A stretch of DNA of 64,000 nucleotides from Dendrobates tinctorius. Lineage: Eukaryota. The notes below the pieces were generated by a model. The model was not told the origin of the DNA, searched no databases, and saw only the letters and a program-made list of their open reading frames with translations. Shown here in pieces: positions 59,851-64,000 of this stretch. The stretch's first letter is position 1. Every line of letters begins with the position of its first letter. The DNA is taken from NCBI RefSeq assembly GCF_039654945.1, contig NW_027361684.1, positions 32,240,001 to 32,304,000 on the forward strand, written 5' to 3'. Made by a program: the position numbers and the translations under genes.

Positions 59851-60381
59851 TGTAATAAAGGGACCGTTAGGCAGCGAATTTAGATAGGTAGGGTGACATT
59901 TAGTCACTTCTCATGGACAAGCCGTGAGTCGGGATAGTCGAGGAGTCAGAGATCTATAGCCAGAAGGGTACATCATAAAAAGAGGGAAGAGACAAAGTCG
60001 TAGTTAGGTAACAGTCCGAGGTCAAAATACCAGGAGGATAACGGATCAAAGAAAAGGGGTTAAACAGATGGATAGTCAGAACGAGGTCCAAGGTCAGACA
60101 GAGATACATCAACAAGTAAATAACAAGACACAGAGAAAACCAACCACACTTAGATGAATCTACGGCTGACAGCTATCTGGGACTGCCAGCTCAGTTAAAT
60201 AGCTGAATAATCAAGGAAATCGGGAGCACCTGACGAGAGCTCATCACCTCTCAGTCTTAGATTGGATGACAGAGCTGTCAGTAAAAACTCAGACAGCTCA
60301 GTATGCCCTTGCACCTGACTGGACAACTGAGCTGTCAGTCACTGCACAGACAGCTCAGCACTGAGGGGTGGAATCATTACA
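59851..60381 (-). mobile_element. Probable solo LTR
   Basis: TGTAAT...ATTACA inverted termini and LTR-like strand asymmetry; no TSD seen. Confidence 0.45.
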
Positions 60382-60621
60382 GATAAACACAGCTGCTGGG
60401 GGTCTAAGTCTCGACACTAATAACACTGCTTGTATAACAACCTGCACAGACCAGCGCTGTTCTACAAGAAGTTCTCAGCTTCTGCATGAGTGCACACACT
60501 GAGGGGTGTATAGATCCACACCAAAGTACACTTTATTAAAACAGCTATAACCCATAGAGACTTGGACTCTACCGGTCCTCTGCAGGTGTACCATGCCACA
60601 AAACATTATCAGATCCTTTAA

Positions 60622-63600
60622 CCCCTTCACCCCCAAGGGTGGTTTGCACGTTCATGACCGGGCCAATTTTTACAATTCTGACCACTGTACCTTTATAAGG
60701 TCATAACTCTGGAACGTCTATGGATCCCGGTGATTCTGACATTGTTTTCTCGTGACATATTGTACTTCATGTTAGTGGTAAAATTTCATTCAAATAACTT
60801 GCGTTTATTTGTGAAAAAAATGGAAATTTGGCAAAAATTTTGAAAATTTCGCAATTTTCCAACTTTGAATTTTTATGCCCTTTAATCACAGAGATACGGC
60901 ACACAAAAAACTTGATAACTAACATTTCCCACATGTTTACTTTACATCAGCACAATTTTGGAACCAAAATTTTTTTTTTGTTAGGAAGTTATAAGGGTTA
61001 AAAGTTGACCAGCGATTTCTCATTTTTGCAACACCATTTTATTTTTAGGACCACATCACATTTGAAGCCACTTTGAGGGGTGTATATGATAGAAAATACC
61101 CAAAAGTGACACCATTCTAAAAACTGCACCCCTTAAGGTGCTCAAAACCACATTCAAGAAGTTTATTAACCCTTTAGGTGCGTCACAGGAATTTTTTTGA
61201 ATATTTAAAAAAAAATGAACATCTAACTTTTTTTCACCAAAAAAATACCTCAGGTTCAATTTTTTTTATTTTACCAAGGGTAACAGGAGAAATTGGACTG
61301 CAAAAGTTATTGTGCAATTTGTCCTGAGTACGCTGATACCTGATTTGTGGGGGGGAACGACTGTTTCGGCGCATGGCAGAGCTCAGAATGGAAGGAGCGC
61401 CGTTTGACTTTTTCAATGCAAAATTGGCTGGAATTCAGATCGGACGCCATGTCACGTTTGGAGAGTCCCTGATGTACCTAAACAGTGGAAACCCCCTACA
61501 AGTGACCCCATTTTGGAAACTAGACCCCCCAAGGAACTTATCTAGATATGTGGTGAGAACTTTGAACCCACAAGGGCTTTACAGAAGTTTATAACGTACA
61601 GCGGTACAATTAAAAAATCATATTTTTTCCACAAAAATGATCTTTTCACCCCAATTTTTATTTTCCCAAGGGTAACAGGACCCTAAAAGTTATTGTGCAA
61701 TTTTTCCTGAGTATGCTGATACCCCACATGTGGGGGTAAACCACTATTTGGGCGCATGGCAGAGCTCGAAAGGGAAGCAGCGCCATTTGACGTTTTTGGC
61801 TGGAATTGAGATCGGACATCATGTCGCGATTGGAAAACCCCTGATGTACCAAAACAGTGGAAACCCCCCACAAATGACACCATTTTGGAAACTAGACCCC
61901 CTAAGGAACTTATCTAGATGTGTTGTGAGAACTTTGAACCCCCAAGGGCTTCACAGAAGTTTATAACATAAAGCCGTACAATTAAAAAATCATATTTTTT
62001 CCACAAAAATGATCTTTTCACCCTCAATTCTTATTTTTCCAAGGGTAACAGCACCCTAAAAGTTATTGTGCAATTTGTCCTGAGTACGCTGATACCCCAC
62101 ATGTGGGGGTAAACCACTATTTGGGCACATGGCAGAGCTCGGAAGGGAAGCAGCGCCATTTGACGTTTTTGGCTGGAATTGAGATCGGACACCATGTCGC
62201 GATTGGAAAACCCCTGATGTACCTAAACAGTGGAAACCCCCCACAAATGACACCATTTTGGAAACTAGACCCCCTAAGGAACTTATCTAGATGTGTGGTG
62301 AGAACTTTGAACCCACAAGGGCTTCACAGAAGTTTATAACATAAAGCCATACAATTAAAAAATCATATTTTTTCCACAAAAATGATCTTTTCACCCTCAA
62401 TTCTTATTTTTCCAAGGGTAACAGCACCCTAAAAGTTATTGTGCAATTTGTCCTGAGTACGCTGATACCCCACATGTGGGGGTAAACCACTATTTGGGCG
62501 CATGGCAGAGCTCGGAAGGGAAGCAGCGCCATTTGAAGTTTTTGGCTGGAATTGAGATCGGACACCATGTCGCGATTGTAAAACCCCTGATGTACCTAAA
62601 CAGTGGAAACCCCCCACAAATGACACCATTTTGTAAACTAGACCCCCCAAGGAACTTATCTAGATGTGTGGTGAGCACTTTGAACCCCCCAGTGCTTCAC
62701 AGAAGTTTATAACGCCCGGTCGTGAAAATAAAAAATTTGTATTTTTTCCACAAACATGATCTTTTAGTCACCATTTTTTTTATTTTCCCAAGGGTAACAG
62801 GAGAAATTGGACCCCAAAAGTTGTTGTCCAATTTGTCCTGAGCATGCTGATACCCCATATGTGGGAGAAAACTACTGTATGGGCACACGTCGGGGATCGG
62901 AAGGGAAGTAGTGACGTTTTGGAATGCAGACATTGATGGAATGGTCTGCGGGTGTCATGTTGCCTTTGGAGAGCCCCTAATGTACCTAAACAGTGGAAAC
63001 CCCCCACAAATGACCCCATTTTGAAAACTAGACCCCCTAAGGAACTTATCTAGATGTGAGGTGAGCACTTTGAACCCCCAAGGGCTTCACAGAAGTTTAT
63101 AATGCTAGGGCATGAAAATAAAAAAATCGTATTTTTTCCACAAACATGATCAATTATTCCCCAATTTTTTTATTTCCCAAGGGTAACAGGAGAAATTGAA
63201 CCCCAAAAGTTGTTGTCCAATTTGTCCTGAGTAAGCTGACACCCCATATGTGGGAGAAAACTACTGTATGGACACACGTCAGGGCTCGGAAGGGAAGTAG
63301 TGACGTTTTGGACTGCAGACTTTGATGGAATGGTCTGCGGGTGTCATGTTGCCTTTGGAGAGCCCCTAATGTACCTAAAAAGTGGAAACCCCCCCACAAA
63401 TGACCCCATTTTGAAAACTAGACCCCCTAAGGAACTTATCTAGATGTGAGGTGAGCACTTTGAACCCCCAAGGGCTTCACAGAAGTTTATAATGCCAGGG
63501 CATGAAAATAAAAAAATTGTATTTTTTCCACAAACATGATCAATTATTCCCCAATTTTTTTATTTTCCCAAGGGTAACAGGAGAAATTGAACCCCAAAAG

Positions 63601-64000
63601 TTGTTGTCCAATTTGTCCTGAGTACGCTGACACCCCATATGTGGGAGAAAACTACTGTATGGACACACGTCAGGGCTCGGAAGGGAAGTAGTGACGTTTT
63701 GGAATGCAGACTTTGATGGAATGGTCTGCGGGTGTCATGTTGCCTTTGGAGAGCCCCTAATGTACCTAAACAGTGGAAACACCCACAAATGACCCCATTT
63801 TGGAAACGAGAACCCCTAAGGAACTTATCTAGATGTGAGGTGAGCACTTTGAACCCCCAAGGGCTTCACAGAAGTTTATAATGCCCGGGCATGAAAATAA
63901 AAAAATCGTATTTTTTCCACAAACATGATCAATTAGTCCCCAATTTTTTCATTTTCCCAAGGGTAACAAGAGAAATTGGACCGTAAAAGTTGTTGTCCAA
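60622..64000 (+). mobile_element. TTAA-flanked piggyBac-like element with expanded satellite array, running off the window
   Basis: TTAA|CCCCTTCAC start; collinear with 37032 onward. Confidence 0.85.
61250..64000 (+). repeat. Tandem satellite, ~7 units (372-373 bp, then 389-390 bp)
   Basis: GGAACTTATCTAGAT at 61533, 61905, 62278, 62651, 63041, 63431 and 63820. Confidence 0.92.

Noticed and set aside
61250-64000. Regularly spaced repeats as a CRISPR-like array
   Set aside because: Whole 373-390-bp units repeat with no unique spacers; eukaryotic context; no cas genes.

Overview
Eukaryotic, transposon-saturated vertebrate DNA. The repeat repertoire (T2/Kolobok-type MITEs, TTAA-flanked satellite-bearing elements, Harbinger, Tc1, Penelope, CR1/L1/L2, Gypsy) is most consistent with an anuran (frog) genome; that assignment is inference. 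No intact host gene is recognisable, and only one weak candidate exon was seen. Main contents: (1) two Gmr1-like Gypsy LTR retrotransposons with a SCAN-like gag and PR-INT-RT-RH order (2993-9658 minus; 25003-30213 plus, young); (2) a Tf1/sushi-type element (16887-24281) with a self-priming PBS, whose 5' LTR was hit twice by a related chromodomain-bearing family, all three insertions having 6-bp TSDs; (3) several Penelope-like insertions forming long fold-back palindromes with 9-14 bp TSDs and carrying minimal hammerhead ribozyme motifs; (4) pieces of at least five copies of a large non-coding TTAA-flanked (piggyBac-like) element carrying a ~370-390 bp satellite and a degenerate telomeric (CCCTAA)n tract; (5) an 11-kb nested stack (solo LTR, Tc1, two-gene Harbinger, TTAA element) inside one small MITE; (6) L1, CR1, L2, Tc1 fragments and assorted MITEs. 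All boundaries were read by eye; no searches were run.
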